NCBI GenBank assembly: GCA_963769025.1
Contig: CAVYKI010000009.1
Location: forward strand, 736,001-800,000
DNA: 64,000 nt
Direction of reading: 5' to 3'
DNA from: an uncultured Verrucomicrobiae bacterium
GTDB lineage: Bacteria > Verrucomicrobiota > Verrucomicrobiia > Chthoniobacterales > Chthoniobacteraceae
In this document: positions 9,908 through 19,328 of the stretch, piece after piece
Numbering within the stretch: position 1 is the stretch's first letter
Layout of the letters: every line of letters begins with the position of its first letter
The notes under the pieces: model-generated
What the model saw: the letters and a program-made list of their open reading frames with translations, nothing else
Databases searched by the model: none
Told to the model about the DNA's origin: nothing
Program-made: the position numbers and the translations under genes

Positions 9908-10620
9908 TCAGTTCTCGCTCCATTTTGCCTGAAGGATGCTCACGTTGGTGGAAAAGATGCGGTAGGTCGCGTTGGGCGGTGTCGTTCAGCGTGTCCTCCA
10001 GCGTGGCGAGATCCTTCGTGAGCTGGGTTCCGTCGCCGCTGGTCTTGAAGAGTTCCCCGAGGCCGAGATCTGGCGGCGCGGATGCCGACGCAGCGCGGCT
10101 TTCCAAGCGCGCCGCGCTTTTCTCGTCGATCGCCACCATCGTCACTTGCACGAGCGGCGGGAGTTGGTTGCGCGTGAGCATCGCGAGACTGTCGCCTGGC
10201 TTGGTCTGGTAGAGCCGCGAGTCGTAGCTGAAGTTCGGCGCGAGTTCCGTCGCTCCGGCAGGAGTGTCGTTTACCGAGCGCTTCGGCAAAATGATCAGTG
10301 CGATGACGTTTTCCGCCAGCACGCGTTTCACGCGCCGCGCCCCGGTGGCGTCCGATCCGGATGTCGCGGCTGCGTCCTCATTCAGCGGATCCGTGAACCA
10401 CCGGCGGAGCGTCGCCGGATCGAACGCCGTGGATTTGCTGACCTGCGATAGTCAGCGGTACACCGCCAGCGATTCGCTCGGCTGCGTCATTTCCATGAGG
10501 CGAAACCGGTTCCTCAGCGGCTCAGACCGACCGTCGCCGAGAAAGCGCGGACGGAACTTTCCATCATCGCCGAACTCGGTGAAGTAGCCCGAGACATTGA
10601 GCAGCGGTGGCAACGCGGCG
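9908..10620 (-). pseudogene. Verru_Chthon cassette protein C remnant (C-terminal part)
   Basis: LLNVSGYFTEFGDD...RFRLMEMTQPSESL, then in-frame TGA at 10452-10454, then VLAENVIALIILPK...NQLPPLVQVTMVAIDEKSA, then a frameshift near 9975 into YRIFSTNVSILQAKWSEN*. N-terminus absent. Confidence 0.7.
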
Positions 10621-10972
10621 CCGGAGCCCGTGCCGGCCGCAGCGGTTAAGGCGAACGCCGCGAGTTCAGATGCCCTGATACCTCCATCGGAGAAATCCGA
10701 AGCCGGGTTCTCAACGAAGAGACGTCCGCATTGCTTTAGTCCTAGCGATGCACAAACCAAAGCGCTTCTCGTCCATGAACTCGAAACTTCACGTCGCGAC
10801 GCACCGCGAGCCTCGAGTTCACGCGCACGGTCATGGCGACGCTCCGGCACAACTACAGCAAACGGAAGTTCCGGAACGACGCCGATTGCCAACTGGGAAC
10901 TCCTTCCCGCCACCACGCGCGGGAAAGGGGTCGCCATCGGGTAGCGCACGGCGTTCGCCAGTGAACCTCGAA

Positions 10973-10994
10973 ATTTGCCACGGATTTGCCACGG
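10973..10994. repeat. Perfect tandem direct repeat (ATTTGCCACGG)x2
   Basis: Read directly; lies about 85 bp from the tRNA 3' end. Confidence 0.85.
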
Positions 10995-11079
10995 CGATCC
11001 GAAATCGGGCAGAAAGCACACCCCCCTCGCCGCTCTGGAACCCTGTATCCATGCGGCTTCCCGCTCCTTTTTGGAGGGG

Positions 11080-11161
11080 TACTCGGGGCGGGACTTGAAC
11101 CCGCACGGCTTGCGCCATACGCCCCTCAAACGTACGTGTCTGCCAATTCCACCACCCGAGC
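11080..11161 (-). tRNA. tRNA-Leu (anticodon GAG)
   Basis: Reverse complement gives acceptor stem GCTCGGG/CCCGAGT, D-loop GGAATTGGCAGAC, anticodon arm TACGT-TTGAGGG-GCGTA, long variable arm and GGTTCAAGTCC T-arm. CCA is not encoded. Confidence 0.97.
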
Positions 11162-11186
11162 ATTTTTTTTACGGAAAGGGACGCGC

Positions 11187-11250
11187 TAAATAGCAGGCAC
11201 GGCGAAGGGCGCAAGTGTTCTTTCATTTGCGACAAAAGTTTTTCGTTTTT
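11187..11250 (-). promoter_or_regulatory. Putative sigma70-type promoter of tRNA-Leu
   Basis: TTGCGC-N16-TATTTA with TGn extended -10 and an A-rich upstream (UP-like) tract. Confidence 0.5.
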
Positions 11251-11315
11251 CATGCGGCGCGACGCGCGAGGGTGCAGGCTTGGCGGGCGACGCCAGACCG
11301 GATATCAGCCGGAGC

Positions 11316-12092
11316 ATGACCTCCACATTCCTCCAGCGCCTCCTCTACAAACACGCCCTCGTGACGGGCGGCGGCTCCGGCATCGGGCGCGCGATTGCAG
11401 AACGTTTCGCGGCGGAAGGCGCGCACGTGTTCATCATGGAAATCAACGAGGCGGCGGCCGCGGAGGCGGCGGAGGCGATTCGCGCTGCGGGCGGGAACTG
11501 CGACATCGTGGTGGCGGATGTGAGCGACCAGGAGGCGATGCGCGCGGCGTTTGCGGCATTGCCGAAACTCGACGTGCTCGTGAACAACGCGGGCATCGCC
11601 CACATCGGCAACGTGCTCACGACGACCACGGAGGATCTCGACCGGCTCCATGCGGTCAATGTGCGCGGGGTGTATCACGGCATGCACTTCGGCGTGCCGC
11701 GGATGATCGAGGCTGGCGGCGGAGCGATTTTGAACATCTGCTCCGTCGCCGCGAAACTCGGGATCTCCGAGCGCTTCGCGTATTCGATGACGAAGGGCGC
11801 GGTGCTGAGCATGACGCTGAGCGTCGCGCGCGATTTTGTGGACAAGCGCGTCCGCTGCAATTGCGTGTGCCCCGCGCGCATCCACACGCCGTTCGTGGAC
11901 GGCTACCTCGCCAAGACGTATCCCGGCCGCGAGGAGGAGATGTTCGACAAGCTCAGTGCGTGGCAGCCAATCGGGCGCATGGGGCAGCCTTCGGAGGTTG
12001 CGGCGCTGGCCGCGTTCCTGTGCTCGGACGAGGCCGGCTTCATCACCGGTGCCGCGTATGACATCGATGGCGGCGTGATGCTGCTGCGATAG
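11316..12092 (+). CDS. SDR family NAD(P)-dependent oxidoreductase
   Basis: TGGGSGIG, NNAG, YSMTK and CPARIHTPFV motifs; GGAG immediately before ATG 11316. Confidence 0.92.
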   Translation: MTSTFLQRLLYKHALVTGGGSGIGRAIAERFAAEGAHVFIMEINEAAAAEAAEAIRAAGGNCDIVVADVSDQEAMRAAFAALPKLDVLVNNAGIAHIGNVLTTTTEDLDRLHAVNVRGVYHGMHFGVPRMIEAGGGAILNICSVAAKLGISERFAYSMTKGAVLSMTLSVARDFVDKRVRCNCVCPARIHTPFVDGYLAKTYPGREEEMFDKLSAWQPIGRMGQPSEVAALAAFLCSDEAGFITGAAYDIDGGVMLLR

Positions 12093-12139
12093 GCGAGCGG
12101 TATTCCTTTACCGGAAAAGCGCGTCTCACCTTCCGGCGT

Positions 12140-13710
12140 TCAGTTCGCGGCGAGAACTTCAGACGAGAGAAGCTGGTTCGTCCGCATCAAATGCCGGATT
12201 TCTGTTGGCGCGAGCGGACGGTCCACGAGCAGCAGTTCATCCACCGCCAGTGTCGAACCCGTAATGCCCCCTGGGCGACCGCCAACCCACAGCGCGCCGT
12301 CCAGTCCCCGAGGGCTTCCGGTCGTTCCGCGCCGGGCGCCGGACTTCAACGAAAAGGTTTCTAGCCGTCCATCCACATAGAGCTTCGCGTGCGGCTTGTT
12401 TGCGTTTTTCGCCGGCTGGGAAAATATCGCGGCGAGGTGGTGCCAGTTCCCGTCGCGCAACACCGTGGTGCCGACCGCCGCGCCATGCCCGGTCTGCAAG
12501 CGGAGCGCACCGAGAACACCTTCGCCGGGCATGCCATTCCACGAAAATTCCGCCCATGCCTGCCCCGAGCGGCCCAGCGGCATCGCGAGGAAAGTCGGCG
12601 CGCCCGAAACCGATGCCTCCGTCGGCAGCCGGATCCAGCACGCGACGCTGCGCGTGCCGCGTGCGACGGCCCGTGAAAGCTTCGCCATCACTGCGGGGTG
12701 CCCGTCGAGTTGCAGTGCGCCGCCCCAGCGGCCCTCCGTCCAGTGCGCTCCGGGCGTTTCGGATCTGCCCAGGTGAATTTCAGAATCGCCTGGTGAACTG
12801 GAAACGGACCCGGCGATCTCGCCCGCGCCTTCATCGAAGGACCAGCGCACGTAATTCAGTGGATGAGCCATCCGCTCGACGCCAATCTTCGCGGCGAAAG
12901 CGCTGGAACTTCCTGTCGCCGTCGCGCACATCGGAGGCACCGGCCTTTGCGAAGCGCCGCGCCTGCCTTTCGTGCAGCACCGAGCGCGGCTGCTCGCCGC
13001 TGCCCCCACGCGGCTGCACCTCGACTGCGCCTTTGAGCACGAAGACCTCAGCCGCACCGCCCGCCTCGGCCGTCATGCTGAATTCAGTGCCGAGGTCCAC
13101 GACTTCAACGGCGGCGTTCACCACGCGGAACCCGACCGCTTCCGGCGGGACGTTCGCCTTGAGTGTGCCGTGCTGAAGTTCCGCTTCCCACGCCGAGTGC
13201 GAGATCGAGCGTCGCCGGACCGGTGAGTGTGAGTTGCGCGCCGGAATCGAACGTCACCTCGGCAAAACCGGACGCGAGCTCCAGCCTTCGTCCGCGAGCA
13301 AGTTCGTCTCCGGGTTCGGGCGCGACACCGATCCATTTGCAGTCCTTCGATCCAGAGAGGCGCGCAACAGATTCCTGCGACTCCTCGCCATTACCCGTCT
13401 GCGACGCAACGAAGAAAACCCGCGAGACGAGAACGCCGAGCAGCACGGCGGCCGCAGCAGCGAGAGGCGCGAGCCAGCGCGACCAGCGGGAAAAAGGAAT
13501 GACCTTCGCCGGTTCGGGACGCTCGCTTTGCATTTCGCCCGCGCGGTCAAACAGGCTCGCCGACAGGGCCATCGAGCGGACGTAAAAGCGGCGTGCCTCA
13601 TCCGAATTCGCGAGCATTTCCTCCAGCCGCTTGCACTCCGCGTCAGTTGACCGGTCATCCACGAGCGCGCTGATCAGTTCGTTGAGTTCCACCCGTTCGT
13701 TGTCGTTCAT
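12140..13710 (-). CDS. FecR-type anti-sigma factor with C-terminal LamG-like domain (two apparent +1 frameshifts, ~13200 and ~12897)
   Basis: N-terminal anti-sigma helix, TM, FecR motifs (LELASGFAEVTFDSGA, VVDLGTEF, VLKGAVEV) and LamG motifs (WSFDE, DGNWHHLA, LYVDG, VDEL), spread over three frames. Confidence 0.85.
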
Positions 13711-14234
13711 GCCGTGGCCTCCGAGGTGAGCGCGTTCGTCACGCAGTCGTGCAACAATTTCCGAAGCCGCGTGAGCGCCTTGTACGCGGCGACGAGCGAG
13801 CGGTTCGTGCGGCGCGCAGCTTCCTCGACTCCGGATTCGTAGCGGGTCATCAGCAGTTCACGGTCGCGCGGGTTCAGCTTTTTCAGGCAGCCTGCGAGCG
13901 CCTCGTGCCGGGCGCTCTGCTCGGGCGCGAGTTCCGCGGCGGTCGCTGCGACGGCCTCCAGCACCCGCTCGTCGAAGACGACCTTCGATCGCGCAAATTT
14001 CGTCCGCGCCGCGCGCACCTGCCACCATGCGATCTGACATCCCCATGCCACGAAATCGGTGCCCGTGCGGAAGTCGCCGAACTTCTCGCAAATCACGAGA
14101 CTCGTCTCCTGGAGGATGTCCTCCGCGGAATGACGGTCGGGCACGAGCGTGTAGATGTAGGAAAAAATGCGCCGCTGATGCTGCGTCATCAGCAGCACGA
14201 GCTCCTTCGTCCGGTCGGCGGGATCGTGTGACAT
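13707..14234 (-). CDS. ECF RNA polymerase sigma-70 factor (Rhodopirellula/Verrucomicrobium type)
   Basis: HQRRIFSYIYTLV, AEDILQET, DFVAWGCQIA and YKALTRLRKLLHDC motifs; overlaps the FecR gene. Confidence 0.93.
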   Translation of the reverse strand: MSHDPADRTKELVLLMTQHQRRIFSYIYTLVPDRHSAEDILQETSLVICEKFGDFRTGTDFVAWGCQIAWWQVRAARTKFARSKVVFDERVLEAVAATAAELAPEQSARHEALAGCLKKLNPRDRELLMTRYESGVEEAARRTNRSLVAAYKALTRLRKLLHDCVTNALTSEATA

Positions 14235-14288
14235 TGCCTAAGCGAGAATGATGATGGCCGCTCTATGCATGTTGGGTTACACGGGTAG

Positions 14289-14315
14289 AATAGCACGCAG
14301 CCGCCCGCTTGGGAC
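14289..14315 (-). promoter_or_regulatory. Putative ECF promoter for the sigma/FecR operon (GTCCCAA-N14-GCTATT)
   Basis: Reverse complement reads GTCCCAA GCGGGCGGCTGCGT GCTATTC; same motif and spacing as the + strand copy. Confidence 0.65.
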
Positions 14316-14329
14316 TTCGATAAATCCGC

Positions 14330-14356
14330 GTCCCAATCCCCGCCCCCGGCGCTATT
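14330..14356 (+). promoter_or_regulatory. Putative ECF promoter for the DUF1553/DUF1501 operon (GTCCCAA-N14-GCTATT)
   Basis: GTCCCAA TCCCCGCCCCCGGC GCTATTT, ending about 26 nt before ATG 14383. Confidence 0.65.
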
Positions 14357-14382
14357 TCCCTGCAAGCGCTCCCCAACTGCCC

Positions 14383-16974
14383 ATGAACCCATTTACGTCC
14401 ACCCTGTTTCTGGCGACCGCCTCCTTCGCTGGCGCCGCTGCCGTCCCCACCGCGACAATCGTCGCCGAAAAGCAGAGCGCGGCGGGCATCGAGTTTTTTG
14501 AAAAGAACATCCGGCCCGTCCTCGTGCAGAAATGCTACGGCTGCCACTCGGCGGAATCCGGCAAGCAGAAAGGCGGGCTCTCGCTCGATTCGCGCGAAGG
14601 CATCCGGACGGGCGGCGACTCCGGCCATGCGGTCGAGCCCGGAAATCCGAAGGACAGCCTGCTGCTCCACGCAATGCAGTACGAGGACAAGGAAATGCAG
14701 ATGCCGCCGCAGAAGGAAGGCGGCAAGCTGCCGGACGCGGTCATCGCAAATTTTGAACAATGGATCCGCATGGGCGCGCCCGACCCGAGGGATAGCGCGG
14801 AGCGCGCGAAGATGACGCCAGTGGCGGGGATGGACTGGGACCTGGCCAAGGCGAAGGAATTCTGGGCGTTCCAACTGCCGAAGGTGTCCCCTGCTCCCGC
14901 GGTGAACGACAAGGCATGGCCGCGTTCGGAGACGGACAAATTCACCCTCAGCGCGCTGGAGGCGAAGGGCCTCAAGCCGGTCGCCGACGCGGACAAGTCC
15001 ACGCTGATCCGGCGCGTTTACTTCGATCTCATCGGACTCCCACCGCGTCCGGATGAGTTGGACGCGTTCCTTTCGGACAAATCTCCACAGGCATTCGAGA
15101 AAATCGTGGACCGGCTGCTCGCCTCGCCGCAGTTCGGCGAGCGCTGGGGCCGGCACTGGCTGGACGTCGCGCGCTACGCGGAGAGCACCGGCAAGGAGCG
15201 CAATTTCACCTTCCCATCCGCGTGGCGCTACCGCGACTACGTGGTCGCGGCATTCAACGCGGACATGCCATACGACCAGTTCGTCCGAGAGCAGGTCGCA
15301 GGCGACCTTTACCCGCACTCAAGCGACGAGGAACGCAACCGGCAGCTCGTGGCCACCGGCTTTCTCGCGATGGGACCGAAGGGGCTGAACGAAAAGAACA
15401 AGACGCAGTTCACGATGGATCTCGTGGATGAGCAGATCGACGTCACCACCCGCGCCGTGCTCGGCATGACGGTCGCGTGCGCGCGCTGCCACGACCATAA
15501 ATTCGATCCCATCCCGCAGAAGGAATACTACGCGCTGGCGGGCATCTTCCGCAGCACGGAGACGTATTACGGCACCGCCGGTGGAAAGAATCGCAACGGC
15601 ACGTCCTTGCTCCCGCTCGCCGGAGGCCCGACCCCTGAACCGGCAGCCGCTGCGCCTGCGGCGGTCGCGCCCACGGCTCCGACGATCGAAACGCGAATCC
15701 AGCAGCTCGCGGCAGGAAATCCGAAATTCGCCGCTCGCCTGGCCACCATGACCCCTGCGCAAAAGCGGAAAGCGATCGGGAAATTCGCGGACAAGCTCGG
15801 GACGGGCGCAACGCCGCTCGCCGACACGCCCGCTGCCGCTTCGCAGCCCGCGCCGGCCATTGCCGCAAATGCCAAGGGAAAGAAGAACAAGAAGAACAAA
15901 GGCGCCTACGCCGCTGCGCCTGCGCCAATCCCGGGGCAGGAACTTTGCATGGGCGTTCTCGAAGGAAGGCCGATGGACACGCGCCTGCTCGTCCGCGGCG
16001 AAATCGACCAGGCCACCGAAATCGTCCCGCGCGGTTTCGTGACCGTGATGACGAACGGCCAGGCGCCCGTCATCCCATCCACGTCGAGCGGACGCAAGGA
16101 GCTCGCCGAGTGGCTCACCGCCGACAGCAACCCCCTCATCGCGCGCGTCGCCGTGAACCGCGTGTGGCAGCATCTCTTCGGAAACGGCCTCGTCCCTACC
16201 GAGGATAATTTCGGCGCGACCGGCGAAAAGCCGACGCATCCCGAGCTGCTCGATTCGCTCGCAGTCCAGTTCATGAAGGACGGCTGGAGCACGAAGCGCC
16301 TCGTCCGCTCGCTGGTCCTCAGCCACACCTACCAGCTCTCGAACGCCCACGATTCCTTCGCCAGCGAAGTCGATCCCGACAACCACCTGCTCTGGCGCGC
16401 CACCCAGCGCCGCCTCGACGCCGAGGCCATCCGCGACGCGATGCTCACCGCCTCCGGCCAGCTCGACGCCACGCCGCCGACGGGCTCGCTCGTTTCCGCC
16501 GTCGGCGACGGCTACATCGGCAAGGGCATCAACCCCGATGTCTTCTCCAACTACGCCTCGAATAAGCGCAGCGTTTACATGCCCGTCGTGCGCGACTTCG
16601 TGCCGGACGTGCTGGAAGTGTTCGACTTCGCCGAGCCGAGCCTCGTCGTCGCCTCGCGCGATGTGACGAATGTCCCCTCGCAGGCGCTTTTCATGATGAA
16701 TGACGAGTTCGTCCGCGCGCAGGCCACCGCGATGGCGAAGCGGCTCCTCGCGAGCCCCATGGATTATTCCAATCGCCTCAACACCGCCTACCAGCTCGCC
16801 CTCGCCCGCACGCCGACCGACGCCGAGCGCAAGCGCGCCGACGCTTACCTTCTCAACGAGGCCCGCGCGCTCATTCCCATCAAGGGCGGCAACAAGGACG
16901 AAGCCGCGCTGCTCTCCTGGTCCACCTTCTGCCAGGCGCTCTTCGCCTGCGCCGAGTTCCGCTACGTCCGCTAG
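14383..16974 (+). CDS. Planctomycete cytochrome c + DUF1549 + DUF1553 (PSD1) protein
   Basis: Signal peptide, FFEKNIRPVL-CYGCH, GERWGRHWLDVARYA, CARCHDHKFDPI, PTHPELLD and NVPSQALF motifs. Confidence 0.93.
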   Translation: MNPFTSTLFLATASFAGAAAVPTATIVAEKQSAAGIEFFEKNIRPVLVQKCYGCHSAESGKQKGGLSLDSREGIRTGGDSGHAVEPGNPKDSLLLHAMQYEDKEMQMPPQKEGGKLPDAVIANFEQWIRMGAPDPRDSAERAKMTPVAGMDWDLAKAKEFWAFQLPKVSPAPAVNDKAWPRSETDKFTLSALEAKGLKPVADADKSTLIRRVYFDLIGLPPRPDELDAFLSDKSPQAFEKIVDRLLASPQFGERWGRHWLDVARYAESTGKERNFTFPSAWRYRDYVVAAFNADMPYDQFVREQVAGDLYPHSSDEERNRQLVATGFLAMGPKGLNEKNKTQFTMDLVDEQIDVTTRAVLGMTVACARCHDHKFDPIPQKEYYALAGIFRSTETYYGTAGGKNRNGTSLLPLAGGPTPEPAAAAPAAVAPTAPTIETRIQQLAAGNPKFAARLATMTPAQKRKAIGKFADKLGTGATPLADTPAAASQPAPAIAANAKGKKNKKNKGAYAAAPAPIPGQELCMGVLEGRPMDTRLLVRGEIDQATEIVPRGFVTVMTNGQAPVIPSTSSGRKELAEWLTADSNPLIARVAVNRVWQHLFGNGLVPTEDNFGATGEKPTHPELLDSLAVQFMKDGWSTKRLVRSLVLSHTYQLSNAHDSFASEVDPDNHLLWRATQRRLDAEAIRDAMLTASGQLDATPPTGSLVSAVGDGYIGKGINPDVFSNYASNKRSVYMPVVRDFVPDVLEVFDFAEPSLVVASRDVTNVPSQALFMMNDEFVRAQATAMAKRLLASPMDYSNRLNTAYQLALARTPTDAERKRADAYLLNEARALIPIKGGNKDEAALLSWSTFCQALFACAEFRYVR

Positions 16975-16988
16975 AAAAACCCACCGCC

Positions 16989-18371
16989 ATGAACAACAAC
17001 CATCCGTATCAGTGCAACAGCCTCATGCCCGTGCCCCTCACGCGGCGCGACATGCTCAAGACCGTCTCCGCCGGCTTCGGCTGGCTGGCGTTCCAAGGCC
17101 TGGCGGGCAACGCCTCCGCGGCATCCTCGCTCACGCCGCGCGCCCCCCATTTCGCGGCAAAGGCCAAGCGCGTCATCTTCCTCGCCATGCAGGGCGGGCC
17201 GTCGCACATGGACACCTTCGACTACAAGCCGAAGCTCGCGGAGGACGACGGCAAGCCCGGTGAAAAGGGCAAGCTCTTCGCCTCGCCGTTCAAGTTTTCC
17301 CAGCACGGCAAGAGCGGCCTGTGGATCTCCGAGCTTTTCCCCAATGTCGCCCAATTCGCCGACGACATGTGCCTCCTGCGCGGCATGACCACCGACATCC
17401 CGAACCATCCGCAGGCCTTCGTGCAGATGCACACCGGCAGCACGCAATTCGTCCGCCCCAGCCTCGGCTCGTGGACGCTCTACGGTCTCGGTTCGGAAAA
17501 TGAAAACCTCCCGGGCTTCGTCACCATCAGTCCGCCGATCCAGTTCGGCTCGCAAAACTACGGCAGCGCATTTCTCCCCGCCGTCTATCAGGGCATGCGC
17601 ATCGGCGCGCAGAAGGAAGCCGGCAGCGTCTCCAGCGTCGGCAACCTGAACAACCCCGACCTGCCCGCCGGACTCCAGCGCAAGCAGCTCGACCTCGTCC
17701 AGGCGATGAACCAGGACCTGCTCGACAAGAGCACGAATCCCGAAATCGAAGGCGTCATCCAGTCGTTCGAGCTGGGCTTCAAGATGCAGAGCGAAATCCC
17801 CCGCGTCCTCGACGCGAAGGCCGAATCTCCCGAGACGCTGAAGATGTACGGCATCGGCGAAGGCGCGAGCGACTCGTTCGGCAAACAGTGCCTCATGGCG
17901 CGACGCCTCTCGGAAGCCGGCGTCCGCTTCGTCGAGATCGGCCACGGCGGATGGGATCATCACAACAACCTCAAGTCCCGCCTTTCCTCGAACTGCGCGC
18001 AGACCGACAAGCCGATCGCCGGCCTGCTCGCCGACCTCAAGCAGCGCGGACTGCTCAAGGACACGCTCGTCATCTGGGGCGGTGAATTCGGACGCACTCC
18101 CGGCAACGGCAAGCCCGACGGCCGCGGCCACAATTCGAAAGGCTACACCATGTGGATGGCCGGCGGCGGCGTGCGCGGCGGATACAGCCACGGCGCGACC
18201 GACGAGCACGGCGGCAAGGCCGTGGAAAACGTCACCCACATCCACGACATGCACGCCACTGTCCTCGCCCTCCTCGGCCTCGACCACGAGAAGCTCACGT
18301 ACCGGTACGCCGGCCGTGATTTCCGCCTCACGAACGTCTCCGGCAAAGTCGCGAAGGCGATCATCAGCTAG
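16989..18371 (+). CDS. DUF1501 domain protein (Tat-type leader)
   Basis: TRRDML, GGPSHMDTFDYKP, GWDHH, GEFGRTP and GRDFRLT motifs. Confidence 0.95.
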   Translation: MNNNHPYQCNSLMPVPLTRRDMLKTVSAGFGWLAFQGLAGNASAASSLTPRAPHFAAKAKRVIFLAMQGGPSHMDTFDYKPKLAEDDGKPGEKGKLFASPFKFSQHGKSGLWISELFPNVAQFADDMCLLRGMTTDIPNHPQAFVQMHTGSTQFVRPSLGSWTLYGLGSENENLPGFVTISPPIQFGSQNYGSAFLPAVYQGMRIGAQKEAGSVSSVGNLNNPDLPAGLQRKQLDLVQAMNQDLLDKSTNPEIEGVIQSFELGFKMQSEIPRVLDAKAESPETLKMYGIGEGASDSFGKQCLMARRLSEAGVRFVEIGHGGWDHHNNLKSRLSSNCAQTDKPIAGLLADLKQRGLLKDTLVIWGGEFGRTPGNGKPDGRGHNSKGYTMWMAGGGVRGGYSHGATDEHGGKAVENVTHIHDMHATVLALLGLDHEKLTYRYAGRDFRLTNVSGKVAKAIIS

Positions 18372-18528
18372 CTCGGAGCGGCGACCTCCAGATCGCCCTC
18401 CGGTCGCCCTTCATTTCGTCCGCCTAGAACGGCTGTTCAGCGCGGCTGCAAGGCGCAGTTTCCTGTTTCCCGTGGGAACAGCTTCCCCGCGGCTTGACCC
18501 GATCGTCACACACGCGGAGAAGAAGCCC

Positions 18529-19098
18529 ATGGAGCGACTCCCACTCACCCGCAGCGGATTCCGCTTCTGGCTCCGCCCGTGCAATGGTGGCGATGCCGAC
18601 GCCATCTTTGAAGCCGCGGATGAATCCCGTGAGCGGGTCGGCAAATGGATGGACTGGCTCACACCCGCCTACACGCCCGACGATTCCCGGGCCTGGGCCG
18701 GTGCGGCAGCCGACGCATGGGGCAAAGGCAGCGCGTGCGAATTCGTCATCATCGATTCGACCGACGACGCCCTGGCCGGGTGCTGCGGTCTGAATCGAAT
18801 CAACGAGAAGGATCTGGTGTGCAACATGGGGTATTGGGTCCGCGAGTCGAAGCTCCGCAAGGGCGCAGCCACCGAGGCGGCGCGATTGCTCGCGCAATTC
18901 GGGCACGGCGAACTGGACCTCCGGCGAATCGAAATTGTCATCGCCATCGGAAATCTCCCGAGCAGGAAAGTCGCGGAAAAACTCCACGCGACCTACGAAG
19001 GCATCCAGCGGATGCGCCTCAAGATCGGTGAACTGTCCCACGACGCCCACATGTACGCACTGCTGGCGGAACCGGGAAACCGCACAGGAACCGGATGA
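18529..19098 (+). CDS. GNAT N-acetyltransferase (RimL/RimJ-like)
   Basis: MGYWVRES..RKGAATEA and GNLPSRKVAEKL motifs; start placed at ATG 18529. Confidence 0.88.
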   Translation: MERLPLTRSGFRFWLRPCNGGDADAIFEAADESRERVGKWMDWLTPAYTPDDSRAWAGAAADAWGKGSACEFVIIDSTDDALAGCCGLNRINEKDLVCNMGYWVRESKLRKGAATEAARLLAQFGHGELDLRRIEIVIAIGNLPSRKVAEKLHATYEGIQRMRLKIGELSHDAHMYALLAEPGNRTGTG

Positions 19099-19328
19099 TT
19101 TCCGGCTCCCCCTTTTGCGGGTCGATCGCGAGGCGGGAATTTCATGTCAAAGGCGCAGAGCCTGACGAAAGGGGCACATTTTCCAGCAAAGGGAGCGCCG
19201 GTGTGTCATGATGCCCGGCAGCGCGCCGCAGCCGCCGCGCGACCGGGCAGCCCCGCTCTTGGGAGATTGCTAGGTGCTTGACGCCTGCGGCAGCCACCTA
19301 TATTTCGCCCGCCCGTTTTGAACGCCGT

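Noticed and set aside
10452..10454. In-frame TGA as selenocysteine or an alternative genetic code
   Set aside because: TGA is the normal stop for many intact genes here, the host gene is truncated, and no SECIS is evident.
10831..11253. ORFs overlapping the tRNA
   Set aside because: They translate the tRNA-Leu and its promoter and have no protein-like features.
19278..19306. TTGACG...TATATT promoter upstream of the L,D-transpeptidase
   Set aside because: The spacer is only 15 nt to TATATT and the 17-nt alternative is a weak -10; too uncertain to list.
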